A stretch of 64,000 nt of DNA from the NCBI GenBank assembly GCA_050486305.1, contig JBJHDA010000001.1, positions 371,071-435,070 of the forward strand. Direction: 5' to 3'. The position numbers and the translations under genes were made by a program. Source of the stretch: Candidatus Saccharimonadota bacterium (GTDB taxonomy: Bacteria; Patescibacteriota; Saccharimonadia; Saccharimonadales; SLHW01). The notes below the pieces were generated by a model. That model worked only from the letters and a program-made list of their open reading frames with translations, was not told the origin of the DNA and ran no database searches. Below, piece by piece: positions 38,123 to 46,893 of this stretch (position 1 is the stretch's first letter; each line of letters starts with the position of its first letter).

Positions 38123-39724
38123 CTAGCCGATTACCCGATATATCTCTTCGAGCGTTGTCTCACCTGCCAGCACCTTTAATATTCCGTCTTGCAGCATACT
38201 CTGCATGCCTTCAGTAGCAGCGGCAGCTTCTAGCTGGCTTGTCGTAACCTTCCCGGTATCTCCTTCAAGGAGCGCCTTGACTCTGCCGCTCATTGTGAAT
38301 TGCTCGCGCAGGGGAAGCTGTCCCCGATACCCATACGGATTGTTAGCAGAGCTGCCTGGTTTGTACAAAGTAACATCTGTTAAATCTGGACGGTTGATAG
38401 ATTGCGGCATGCTATCGACCACTTTTTTTATAACTGCTAGCGTTGCTTCATCAGGACGGTAGCCGATTTTTGTTTCGTCATCGAGCCTTCTTACTAAACG
38501 CTGGGCCATCACCAAGCGGATCGAAGAAACAAATAATGGGTTTTTGCCAATTACATCCGACATCCTCGTTAATGCAGCAGCAGCGCTTGAAGCGTGGAAA
38601 GTTGCGAGGACCAGATGCCCGGTTAATGCGGCCTGCAAGGCAGTCTGAGCAGTATCCAGGTCGCGAATCTCGCCAACCATTACTATGTCAGGATCGAGCC
38701 GTAGAATAGACCTTAAGCTATCTGCAAAATCAACGCCTTCTGACGACTTGGTAGCAAGCGGTATTTGCGTAATGCCCTCTAGTTGATACTCAACCGGATC
38801 TTCAATTGTGATAATCTTTCGCTGCGGCGTATTTAAGGAGTTGAGCATCGAGTATAGAGTTGTTGTTTTGCCCGAGCCAGTCGGCCCAACAATTAAGACA
38901 AGACCGCTTGGCTTTTTTATAATGCCGTCGACAACGCTTCGCTCGGAGGCGGAAAGATGCAGATTATCAAGGGTGTACATTTCTGGCCGCATATTAAATA
39001 GCCGCATGACTATATCCATCCCGTGAATCGTTTGCACCGTCTCTAGCCGTACATTCACTTGTACATTACTGCCATCTGCGAGTGATACGCTTTGAGATAT
39101 ATGCCCTTGTTGCGCATAATCCGCAGCAGTTGAGACATTACCAGCACTCGCAATAGCAGAAACCAGCGGTCGATGCTTTTCAAATGAAAGTTCAGCGATA
39201 AGCTGCAAGACGCCATCAATGCGAAACCGTATTCGAACGTTTTCGCGGCCAGTCTCAATGTGAATGTCTGAAGCGCCTAGTTTGTGCGCCTGCTGCACAA
39301 GATAACCCAGCATATCATCAGCTCTTACCTGTTCAAGTGTTTGAGAGACAGACCGGATGAGCTCCTGCGTTCCAGTTTTATCTAACGTGATGTCTTGGTA
39401 TTCGATTTTTTTTGGCGGATCATATAGCTTCATATACTCACGAAAGCCGGTGTCAGAAATCAGGCCAAAATTTATCTGCTGGTCAAGAAATTGATGCTTC
39501 AGCGACTCCATGGTTTGCTTTGAAGTCATGTTGGTTACCCCAAAACGAATCGCATGACTATCCGCATATACCGGAATTACTCTGAGCTCTCTAAGCGAAG
39601 CAACCGGAAGCACGTCCGGATAAAGTTGTTTATTCGGGTCAGACGTATCAATATAGCTTAAGCCAAGTATCGCGGCTCGTCGCTGCGTCGACAACTCTTC
39701 ATCTCTGCGCGCATCTTTACTCAT
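38123..39724 (-). CDS. pilB: type IV pilus assembly / type II secretion ATPase (GspE/PilB family)
   Basis: T2SSE_N-like N-terminus, GPTGSGKTTT Walker A, Asp box, VGEIRD Walker B, His box (LVLATFH). TATACT 9 nt upstream of the ATG. No other pilus genes adjacent. Confidence 0.88.
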   Translation of the reverse strand: MSKDARRDEELSTQRRAAILGLSYIDTSDPNKQLYPDVLPVASLRELRVIPVYADSHAIRFGVTNMTSKQTMESLKHQFLDQQINFGLISDTGFREYMKLYDPPKKIEYQDITLDKTGTQELIRSVSQTLEQVRADDMLGYLVQQAHKLGASDIHIETGRENVRIRFRIDGVLQLIAELSFEKHRPLVSAIASAGNVSTAADYAQQGHISQSVSLADGSNVQVNVRLETVQTIHGMDIVMRLFNMRPEMYTLDNLHLSASERSVVDGIIKKPSGLVLIVGPTGSGKTTTLYSMLNSLNTPQRKIITIEDPVEYQLEGITQIPLATKSSEGVDFADSLRSILRLDPDIVMVGEIRDLDTAQTALQAALTGHLVLATFHASSAAAALTRMSDVIGKNPLFVSSIRLVMAQRLVRRLDDETKIGYRPDEATLAVIKKVVDSMPQSINRPDLTDVTLYKPGSSANNPYGYRGQLPLREQFTMSGRVKALLEGDTGKVTTSQLEAAAATEGMQSMLQDGILKVLAGETTLEEIYRVIG

Positions 39725-39793
39725 GTTTTATTCAGTATAAATGCTTATGCTCAGATATTCCACATAATTGTTTATACTGAGAACTAAGCTGCT

Positions 39794-40309
39794 ATGAACA
39801 AAGCCCAAGACAATACAAAACTTCAACTCGTGCTGCACAACATTAGAAGCGCGCATAATGTAGGCTCATTGTTCCGAACAGCCGATGGGCTCGGTGTTGA
39901 CAAGCTATACTTAACCGGTTTCACCGCTTACCCTACGCACCCGGCTGATACGCGTTTGCCGCACGTGTCCGCAAAAGCAAGCTCAGCAATCCACAAAACC
40001 GCTCTCGGTGCAGAAAATAATGTGGCGTGGGAACACATACAGTCGATAGAGGATACTTTTTCGCGGCTTCGGGCGGATAACGCGAGCATCATAGCGTTGG
40101 AGCAAGCAAAAAATTCGATCAGCTTACACGATGCAGTTCTCGCGGATAATACTGCTATCGTTCTTGGCAATGAAGTCGATGGCCTGTCGCCAGACATACA
40201 TAAACAATGTGACACAACGGTAGAAATCCCGATGCTTGGCTCGAAGGAGTCGTTTAACGTTGCCGTAGCGGGAGCGATTGCTATACATTGGTTCCGCTAC
40301 AAGAAATAA
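39794..40309 (+). CDS. TrmH/SpoU family RNA 2'-O-methyltransferase
   Basis: LHNIRSAHNVGSLFRTADGLG, LGNEVDGLS, IPMLGSKESFNVAVAGAI SPOUT motifs. Confidence 0.8.
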   Translation: MNKAQDNTKLQLVLHNIRSAHNVGSLFRTADGLGVDKLYLTGFTAYPTHPADTRLPHVSAKASSAIHKTALGAENNVAWEHIQSIEDTFSRLRADNASIIALEQAKNSISLHDAVLADNTAIVLGNEVDGLSPDIHKQCDTTVEIPMLGSKESFNVAVAGAIAIHWFRYKK

Positions 40310-40336
40310 GATGTTATAATACGCGTTGTTAACGTT

Positions 40337-41251
40337 ATGGTAAAACAAAAAACAAGCAAACGATCAGTGGGCCACAAAAAACGACACGGCGGCCATCATC
40401 GAAAGACAAAAAAATACCATGCCTCCTACTGGCCGTATATACCTGTTTTGATCTTAATCTGCAGTCTGTTTTTACTAGCTTTGGTACGCAGCCCAGCCGG
40501 GTCAAACGTGCTTGCATTTGCTACGGAGATTAGCAGCAGCGCTCTACTGGAGCAGACAAACAGACAGCGCGAAAATGCCGGTGTTCCGACGCTGACACTT
40601 AATGAACGGCTGTCTGCAGCAGCTCGCGATAAAGCGGAGGATATGGCTCAGCGGAATTACTGGTCACACAATACGCCTGAAGGCGAACAGCCCTGGAAAT
40701 TCATCGATGCGGTTGATTACGAATACACCAAGGCCGGCGAAAACCTCGCTTACGGATTTATGACGAGCGAACAAACAGTACGGGGTTGGATGAATAGTCA
40801 GTCACACCGAGAGAATATGCTAGATAGCTCATTCACTGAGGTTGGCTTTGGCTATGTCAACGCAGTTAATTTCCAAGGCTCAAGCGAAGAAACGATTGTC
40901 GTCGCATTGTACGCCAACCCAGTAGCGAGTAGTACACACCCTGTCATGAACGAATCAAATAATGCTGAAACGGTCATTGCTATGACGGTGCCGGACACCC
41001 AGCAAGATGTAAAAAGCGTGACACGTATAGAATCTCTAGTAGGCAGCCAGTTCGCCTGGATGACATTTAGTCTCGGCATCCTTAGCGGCGTTACAGCAAC
41101 AGGGTTGCTTGCCTCTCACGGGGTTAGATTACGGCGCCTAATAAAACGCGGAGAAAACTTTATACTCCATCATCCGCTGCTCGATATCTGCCTTGTGTCA
41201 CTGCTTTTGCTGCTCGCATTCCTCGCGGACCATGTCGGCCATATCTTATAG
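40337..41251 (+). CDS. CAP (SCP/PR-1, YkwD-like) domain protein with N- and C-terminal TM segments
   Basis: LLEQTNRQRENAGVP...AAARDKAEDMAQRNYWSHNTP...GENLAYG...GWMNSQSHRENML pattern of bacterial CAP domains. Confidence 0.75.
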   Translation: MVKQKTSKRSVGHKKRHGGHHRKTKKYHASYWPYIPVLILICSLFLLALVRSPAGSNVLAFATEISSSALLEQTNRQRENAGVPTLTLNERLSAAARDKAEDMAQRNYWSHNTPEGEQPWKFIDAVDYEYTKAGENLAYGFMTSEQTVRGWMNSQSHRENMLDSSFTEVGFGYVNAVNFQGSSEETIVVALYANPVASSTHPVMNESNNAETVIAMTVPDTQQDVKSVTRIESLVGSQFAWMTFSLGILSGVTATGLLASHGVRLRRLIKRGENFILHHPLLDICLVSLLLLLAFLADHVGHIL

Positions 41252-41259
41252 TGTTATGC

Positions 41260-44200
41260 CTACTGCAGCTTCACCATTGCAGCACCTGCTACGGTCTTCA
41301 ATTGCGTAATTACTACTTCATCGGTTTTTATCTGCATCGGCAGCTTTACTATCTGCTTGTTATCCGATGGACCAAGTACAAAAACCGTCTCAGTCGTTCC
41401 GGGGTGCTGATCAATCACCTTCTTAAGCGCAAGCAGCTTTTCCTGGTCTGAGCTATCTGTAATGCGTATATAAACTCGAGGAGCAGTTTTCACTTTCGAG
41501 GCAGTTGAACCGGGATGACTTGTCCCCTTGGCTGGTGTCTGTCTGCCAGGCTTTGGCGGTTTTTTTTGTCTTCCGGTCGGCTTATACGCTTTTGCTTCTT
41601 TGTAAGGAATCTCCCTCGCTTCCTGAGCGATTATTTTACAATCTGCAAGCGTATTCCCATCTCGGTCACGAGCGTCAACTTTACCTGTAACGAGCACAAC
41701 CTTATCTCGCTCCCAAACTTCCGGATAAGAGTTGTAAATGCCGGGAAAAACGATAACTTCAGTACTTTTCGTCGTATCATCAACCGTTACAAAGGCCATC
41801 TTATCGCCTTTTTTTGTAGTGATCTCCCGGCTCGCTTGAATAACACCGCCGACCGTCATCTTACGGTTGTGGTGCTCAGGGGTAATGTCCTCAAGCTTGA
41901 CGGCTTTTTCTGACAAGAAATCTCTGAACGACTCGAGCGGATCTTCCGAAACATATATCCCTAGTAATTCTCGCTCCCACTGAAGCTGCTCATGTTTCGG
42001 TATTTCGTCGAATGTTTCATCTAATGAGAGTTTAATCTGGGCTTGCGCCTCGCTGTCTGCATCACTTGAGCCAAATAAGTCCGTTTGGCCACTTAACTTT
42101 TGTTTATGTAGCCGGTGATTGTACGCCAATAACGTGTCAATGTTATGTAATAGTTTAGCCCGGTCACCAAACCTATCGAATGCTCCTGCTTTTATGAGGC
42201 TCTCGATGGTTTTTTTGTTTGCAACTTTTGTGCTAACAGATGAAAAAAAGTCCTCAATCGTTGTAAACGGCTTTTTCTTGCGTGCTTCAACGATCTCTTC
42301 GACAGCCGCTGTGCCGACATTTTTAATCGCATTCATGCCAAAACGTATTTGATTTTTCCCTGGAACTACCGCAAATTCAACGAATGACTCAACTACATCT
42401 GGCGGCAAGACTTCAATTCCCATGTGCTGACATTCGGCTACTTCGATAGCCAACCGGTCAGTATCATCATAGTCGCTTGTCATTACAGCAGCCATGAAGG
42501 CGCTCGGGTAGTTTGCCTTTAAGTAAGCAGTCCAGTAAGCAATCAAAGCATAACAAGCAGCGTGAGACTTATTAAAGCAGTATGCTGCGAAATCCTCCAG
42601 CTGCTTCCAAAACGTCTCCATCTCTGATCTATCGGCACCTGACACTGCGACAGCGCCATCGATAAACTCGACCTTCATCTTGCTTAATACTTCTGGGATC
42701 TTCTTTGCGATTCCTTTGCGCAATGTATCAGCCTGGCCGCCGGTAAAGCCGCACATATCCTTACTTATCTGCATGACCTGCTCTTGGTATACAAGTACAC
42801 CGTAAGTATTCTTCAGGGCCTCCTCCATTTTTGGGTGGAAGTACTCGATTGCCTTGTTTCCATGCTTCCGGTCAATAAAGTCGTCTATAAACTGCATCGG
42901 CCCGGGGCGATACAAAGCGACCATCGCAACGATATCCTCAAACACAGACGGCTTCAGCTCTTTTAGGTAGCGCTTCATCCCTGCAGATTCCAGCTGGAAA
43001 ACGCCAGTAGTATCACCTTTGCCTAGGAGTTCGTACGTTTTCTTATCCGTTAAGGGAATTTCATCAACTGCAATATCCTTACCGTGAACCTTACGAATTA
43101 TACGTAAAGCATTTTTTACAATCGTTAAATTAGAAAGACCTAGGAAGTCCATCTTTAACAGGCCGAGCTCTTCGACATTGTCCATAGGATACTGAGTGGA
43201 CACCACACCCTTCTGTGCCATCTCGAGCGGCGTAAACAACGTTACGTCATCTGGAGCGATAACAACGCCAGCTGCATGTACTCCATGGTTTCGGACCGTC
43301 CCCTCCAGCTGCATCGCTAAATCGAATATGCGTTTAGACTGAGGATTATCAGCATACTCCCGGGCAAGTTCTGTGTTATCTTTGATGCTGTCTCGGAGCG
43401 GTATATGCCTTCCTTGTACCGGTGCGGGTATCATTTTTGCGAGACGGTCCGCCTCTGCATACGGCACCTCCAATACGCGAGCAACATCACGTACGGCGTT
43501 CCGGGCAAACATACGACCGAACGTTACGATATTTGCTACTTTTTCTTTCCCGTACTTTTCAACACAATAATTAATCACTTCGTTTCTTCGTGTGTCTTGG
43601 ATATCTATGTCAATATCTGGCATGCTTATTCGGTCCGGGTTTAAGAATCGTTCAAACAGCAAGTCGTGCTTCAGCGGGTCAAGTTCGGTTATGCCGAGCG
43701 CATAAGCAATAATCGAGCCAGCAGCAGAACCTCTCCCAGGACCAAAAACTATTCCCCGTTCTTTTCCCCACGCCATAAAATCCCAAATAATAAGGAAATA
43801 CCCATTAAATCCCATCTGATCGATAATGCTAAGTTCGTACTCAGCCCGCTCAACCACATCTTTTGAGAGATGCTTTTTTAGCGCCTCAGGGCTCCTTTTT
43901 TTTTGTGGCGGCTCTTCATCTTTGTAGCGACGGTAAAGACCCTCGTACACAAGTGTGTCTAGATATGTTTTTTCAGTGTGGCCTTTCGGAACGTCGAACT
44001 TTGGAATTAATATATTGCCGAGATCTAACTCTACATCACAACGGTCTGCAATTTTTTTTGTGTTTCGGACGACGTCCGGATTCGTTTTTCCCCATCGCTC
44101 AATAATATTGGTGGGTGATTCAACATGTAGGGGGAATTCTTTTAAGCTCATTCTTTTTTCGTCTGCAAGATATGAGTTTGTACCCACGCACAGCAAGACT

Positions 44201-44919
44201 TCATGAGCCTCCTGATCCTCGTGCTTTAGATAATGAGCGTCGGTGGTTACTACGGCAGAGATTTCCAGCTCTTTTCCAATACGTAAAATCTGGTCATTTA
44301 TCTTTCCCTGCTCTTTGTTTGACATAAAATGATCCGGGTGCCCGTGGTCCTGGACCTCAAGATAATACCGATCGCCAAAAACTTGTTTGTACCACCTGGC
44401 TACTTCGAGCGCCCCGTCATAATCATCGTGCTTGAGGGCATTACCAAGCTCGCTACCCATACATGCACTCAGGACAATTAACCCCTCGTTATACTTTTCG
44501 AGTAAATCACGGTCGACCCTCGGGTAATAATAAAAGCCTTCTAGGTTGGCAATCGTACTCAGCTTCATCAAATTCTTGTAGCCAGTGTTGTTCATGGCTA
44601 GCAGTATTATGTGGTAGCGCTGCTTATCCTTTTGGGGGTCTTTATCGGTATGTTTACGATTTGCGACATACGCCTCCATGCCGATAAGCGCCTTTAGTTC
44701 GCGTGCCTTTGCCTCTTTGTAGAACTCGATTGCTCCCGAAAGGGTGCCGTGGTCTGTTATCGAACATGCTTGCATACCTTGGGCTTTGACGAAATCTAAT
44801 AAATCGCCGATACGGCTCAGTCCATCAAGAAGGCTGTACTCCGTATGATTGTGGAGATGGACAAAGTCTTCTCTCGTAAGGTGACTACGAGTCTCATGTG
44901 ATGTTTGCTTATCAGCCAA
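41260..44919 (-). CDS. dnaE: DNA polymerase III subunit alpha
   Basis: PHP domain (HLHNHTEYSLLDG), palm/fingers, OB fold. Start set to TTG 44919 (GAGGAG 7 nt upstream) rather than TTG 44958. Extra C-terminal region (see findings). Confidence 0.93.
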   Translation of the reverse strand: MADKQTSHETRSHLTREDFVHLHNHTEYSLLDGLSRIGDLLDFVKAQGMQACSITDHGTLSGAIEFYKEAKARELKALIGMEAYVANRKHTDKDPQKDKQRYHIILLAMNNTGYKNLMKLSTIANLEGFYYYPRVDRDLLEKYNEGLIVLSACMGSELGNALKHDDYDGALEVARWYKQVFGDRYYLEVQDHGHPDHFMSNKEQGKINDQILRIGKELEISAVVTTDAHYLKHEDQEAHEVLLCVGTNSYLADEKRMSLKEFPLHVESPTNIIERWGKTNPDVVRNTKKIADRCDVELDLGNILIPKFDVPKGHTEKTYLDTLVYEGLYRRYKDEEPPQKKRSPEALKKHLSKDVVERAEYELSIIDQMGFNGYFLIIWDFMAWGKERGIVFGPGRGSAAGSIIAYALGITELDPLKHDLLFERFLNPDRISMPDIDIDIQDTRRNEVINYCVEKYGKEKVANIVTFGRMFARNAVRDVARVLEVPYAEADRLAKMIPAPVQGRHIPLRDSIKDNTELAREYADNPQSKRIFDLAMQLEGTVRNHGVHAAGVVIAPDDVTLFTPLEMAQKGVVSTQYPMDNVEELGLLKMDFLGLSNLTIVKNALRIIRKVHGKDIAVDEIPLTDKKTYELLGKGDTTGVFQLESAGMKRYLKELKPSVFEDIVAMVALYRPGPMQFIDDFIDRKHGNKAIEYFHPKMEEALKNTYGVLVYQEQVMQISKDMCGFTGGQADTLRKGIAKKIPEVLSKMKVEFIDGAVAVSGADRSEMETFWKQLEDFAAYCFNKSHAACYALIAYWTAYLKANYPSAFMAAVMTSDYDDTDRLAIEVAECQHMGIEVLPPDVVESFVEFAVVPGKNQIRFGMNAIKNVGTAAVEEIVEARKKKPFTTIEDFFSSVSTKVANKKTIESLIKAGAFDRFGDRAKLLHNIDTLLAYNHRLHKQKLSGQTDLFGSSDADSEAQAQIKLSLDETFDEIPKHEQLQWERELLGIYVSEDPLESFRDFLSEKAVKLEDITPEHHNRKMTVGGVIQASREITTKKGDKMAFVTVDDTTKSTEVIVFPGIYNSYPEVWERDKVVLVTGKVDARDRDGNTLADCKIIAQEAREIPYKEAKAYKPTGRQKKPPKPGRQTPAKGTSHPGSTASKVKTAPRVYIRITDSSDQEKLLALKKVIDQHPGTTETVFVLGPSDNKQIVKLPMQIKTDEVVITQLKTVAGAAMVKLQ

Positions 44920-44967
44920 ACCAAAACTCCTCGCACTTATTCTGTCGTATAACAACAATTTCTACTA

Positions 44968-45246
44968 TTATAAATCATCTGGTGGTGTTTCGATTGTTTC
45001 TTGGAAGCTTTCAGCAATCGGACCAATGAATGGTATAGCCTCTAGCAACGACAACACCCATAAGATTAGTGCAATAATTATTGTAGCACCGATAACACTT
45101 CCGAGACCCATAAAAACACCTCGGAAAAACGCCATTTTGTAATACCGCGACCGGTCGTAGTGTCCGCTAACGACTATCGATTCAATAGATCGGCCGAGCA
45201 GTTCGTAGTCGACCTTGGACGGCGATTTATTTTTTTGCCGAGCCAC
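44968..45246 (-). CDS. small membrane protein (possibly DUF5665-like)
   Basis: C-terminal hydrophobic core FFRGVFMGLGSVIGATIIIALILWVLSLL. Start set to GTG 45246; the ATG 45399 form would overlap ytxH by 173 nt in another frame. Confidence 0.5.
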   Translation of the reverse strand: MARQKNKSPSKVDYELLGRSIESIVVSGHYDRSRYYKMAFFRGVFMGLGSVIGATIIIALILWVLSLLEAIPFIGPIAESFQETIETPPDDL

Positions 45247-45655
45247 GCTTAGCTTCTTTAGATACGTACTTTTTAAGATGTTCGATAGCCTTGTCGGCCT
45301 CTTGGATAGCTTGCTGTAAATCTTTATCGTCGCTCTCGCCCTCGTGAATCGCGCTAAGAAGCCCTTTCGCGCGGTCTTTGACTTGTTTTGCTTGCTCAAG
45401 CGCGTCAGTTAACCCCTTTTTTGTCTGCCCTGAAGCTTTTGCAAGCCTCTCTTGCCCCTTATCAATTAAGTTATGGAGTTCGGTATGTGCGCTTTTTAAT
45501 TTTTTCTCAGCTTCTAATCTTGCTTTTATTGCAGCATCTTTGATGTCTTGCCGGGTTTCTTTCCCGCTCTTTGGTGCGGTGAGTATACCGGCTACATAAC
45601 CGGCTGCGGCTGCGAGCAGCGCCCCAATTGCGTATTTTCCTGTCTTGTTCGCCAT
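45227..45655 (-). CDS. YtxH domain-containing protein
   Basis: N-terminal GALLAAAAGYVAGILTAPKSGKETR (YtxH signature) followed by a helical charged region. Confidence 0.75.
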   Translation of the reverse strand: MANKTGKYAIGALLAAAAGYVAGILTAPKSGKETRQDIKDAAIKARLEAEKKLKSAHTELHNLIDKGQERLAKASGQTKKGLTDALEQAKQVKDRAKGLLSAIHEGESDDKDLQQAIQEADKAIEHLKKYVSKEAKRGSAKK

Positions 45656-45659
45656 ACGT

Positions 45660-45929
45660 CTACTCCTCTTTATCGTCGTTAGTTTTTTTGCTAGTTAGGT
45701 GATCAGCAAGCTTTGTTACAAGTTTGCCTATCGCCAATGATCCGGACGCTTTTTGCAAAAACTCTACTGCGCCCTCCAGCTTTCCTGCGATATGCTCCGC
45801 TCTCTCAGAGATTTCCTTTATCCGGTTTGCTACCTGTATCGCTTTTGCGAGCAAGATTATGCCGAGCACTAAAAAAATCGCTAAAAAAGTGCTCAGAACG
45901 ATTACTAAAAATATCAGTGCTTCTTCCAT
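45660..45929 (-). CDS. small membrane protein, DUF948-like
   Basis: N-terminal TM then helical region, the usual partner of YtxH genes in Firmicutes. TATACT 9 nt upstream of the ATG. Confidence 0.55.
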   Translation of the reverse strand: MEEALIFLVIVLSTFLAIFLVLGIILLAKAIQVANRIKEISERAEHIAGKLEGAVEFLQKASGSLAIGKLVTKLADHLTSKKTNDDKEE

Positions 45930-45965
45930 GTTAGGTCCAGTATAACAGTTCTGTCTATGAACTCA

Positions 45966-46874
45966 TTATTGAATTTTCCGCAAATATGCAGCAAACTCGT
46001 CCTTTATCTCGCTATGCTTTAAGGCAAAATCAACTACCGTCTTTACATAGTCAAGCTTGTTCCCTGTGTCATAGTAATTGCCGTTTTTTATTTCAAGTGC
46101 GTGCATCTTGTGCCCATCGTTTATCATTTTTTGCATCGCAGTCTGGATGTAGAATTCATCACCTTTCGGGAGGTCTTCTTTTGTCTCTCGGAGGTAAGGA
46201 AAAATTTCTGGTGTTAAAACATATGCTGCTACGCTAGCAAGATCACTCGGCGCATTCGCCTTACCTGGCTTTTCGACGATAGTACTTACGTCAATAACGC
46301 CGTCACGTACTTCGTTACCAGCGACTACCCCGTATCTGTCATATTCAGCATCATCTGTAAGCCTGATACAGGAAAACACGCTGCGGCGAGACGACTGATA
46401 CTCTTCAATCATTTGCTGAAAGCGAGATGGATTTGCCACGATAAAGTCATCTGCGAATGTATAAATGAACGGCTCATTGTCAATTAAATGCTCAGCATTA
46501 TAGACCGGGGTTGCGTTACCATACGGCCCCTTTTGTCTTATGTATATAAAGTTCGCCAGATCTGAGATTTTTTTCGTCTTATCCAGCAGCTCCTGCTTAC
46601 CCGATTCTTTTAAGCTAATCCGCAAATCAGCGCTCATATAATCGAAGTGGTCTTCAATTGAGCGTTTATGGTAACCAGTGACGATAATAATATCCTCAAT
46701 ACCAGCTTCAACGAGTTCCTCGACAATATACTGGATAATGGGCTTATCAATGAGCGGCAACATTTCTTTGGGCATAGCTTTTGTTTGGGGCAAAAACCTC
46801 GTTCCGAACCCCGCTGCTGCGATTACTGCTTTTCTTATCTTCTGTTTCGATTGCTGTGTTGCCATTTTACTCAT
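45966..46874 (-). CDS. galU: UTP--glucose-1-phosphate uridylyltransferase
   Basis: KAVIAAAGFGTRFLPQTKAMPKEMLPLIDKPIIQYIVEE nucleotidyltransferase signature; about 300 aa. Confidence 0.9.
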   Translation of the reverse strand: MSKMATQQSKQKIRKAVIAAAGFGTRFLPQTKAMPKEMLPLIDKPIIQYIVEELVEAGIEDIIIVTGYHKRSIEDHFDYMSADLRISLKESGKQELLDKTKKISDLANFIYIRQKGPYGNATPVYNAEHLIDNEPFIYTFADDFIVANPSRFQQMIEEYQSSRRSVFSCIRLTDDAEYDRYGVVAGNEVRDGVIDVSTIVEKPGKANAPSDLASVAAYVLTPEIFPYLRETKEDLPKGDEFYIQTAMQKMINDGHKMHALEIKNGNYYDTGNKLDYVKTVVDFALKHSEIKDEFAAYLRKIQ

Positions 46875-46893
46875 CCGCCTTTCTTAACTATAT

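Noticed and set aside
45247-45399. N-terminal 51 aa of the 143-aa ORF overlapping ytxH
   Set aside because: This part overlaps the YtxH gene by 173 nt in another frame and is an implausibly basic low-complexity stretch. A GTG at 45246 gives a 92-aa protein that keeps the conserved hydrophobic core. This is uncertain, but the shorter form is favoured.
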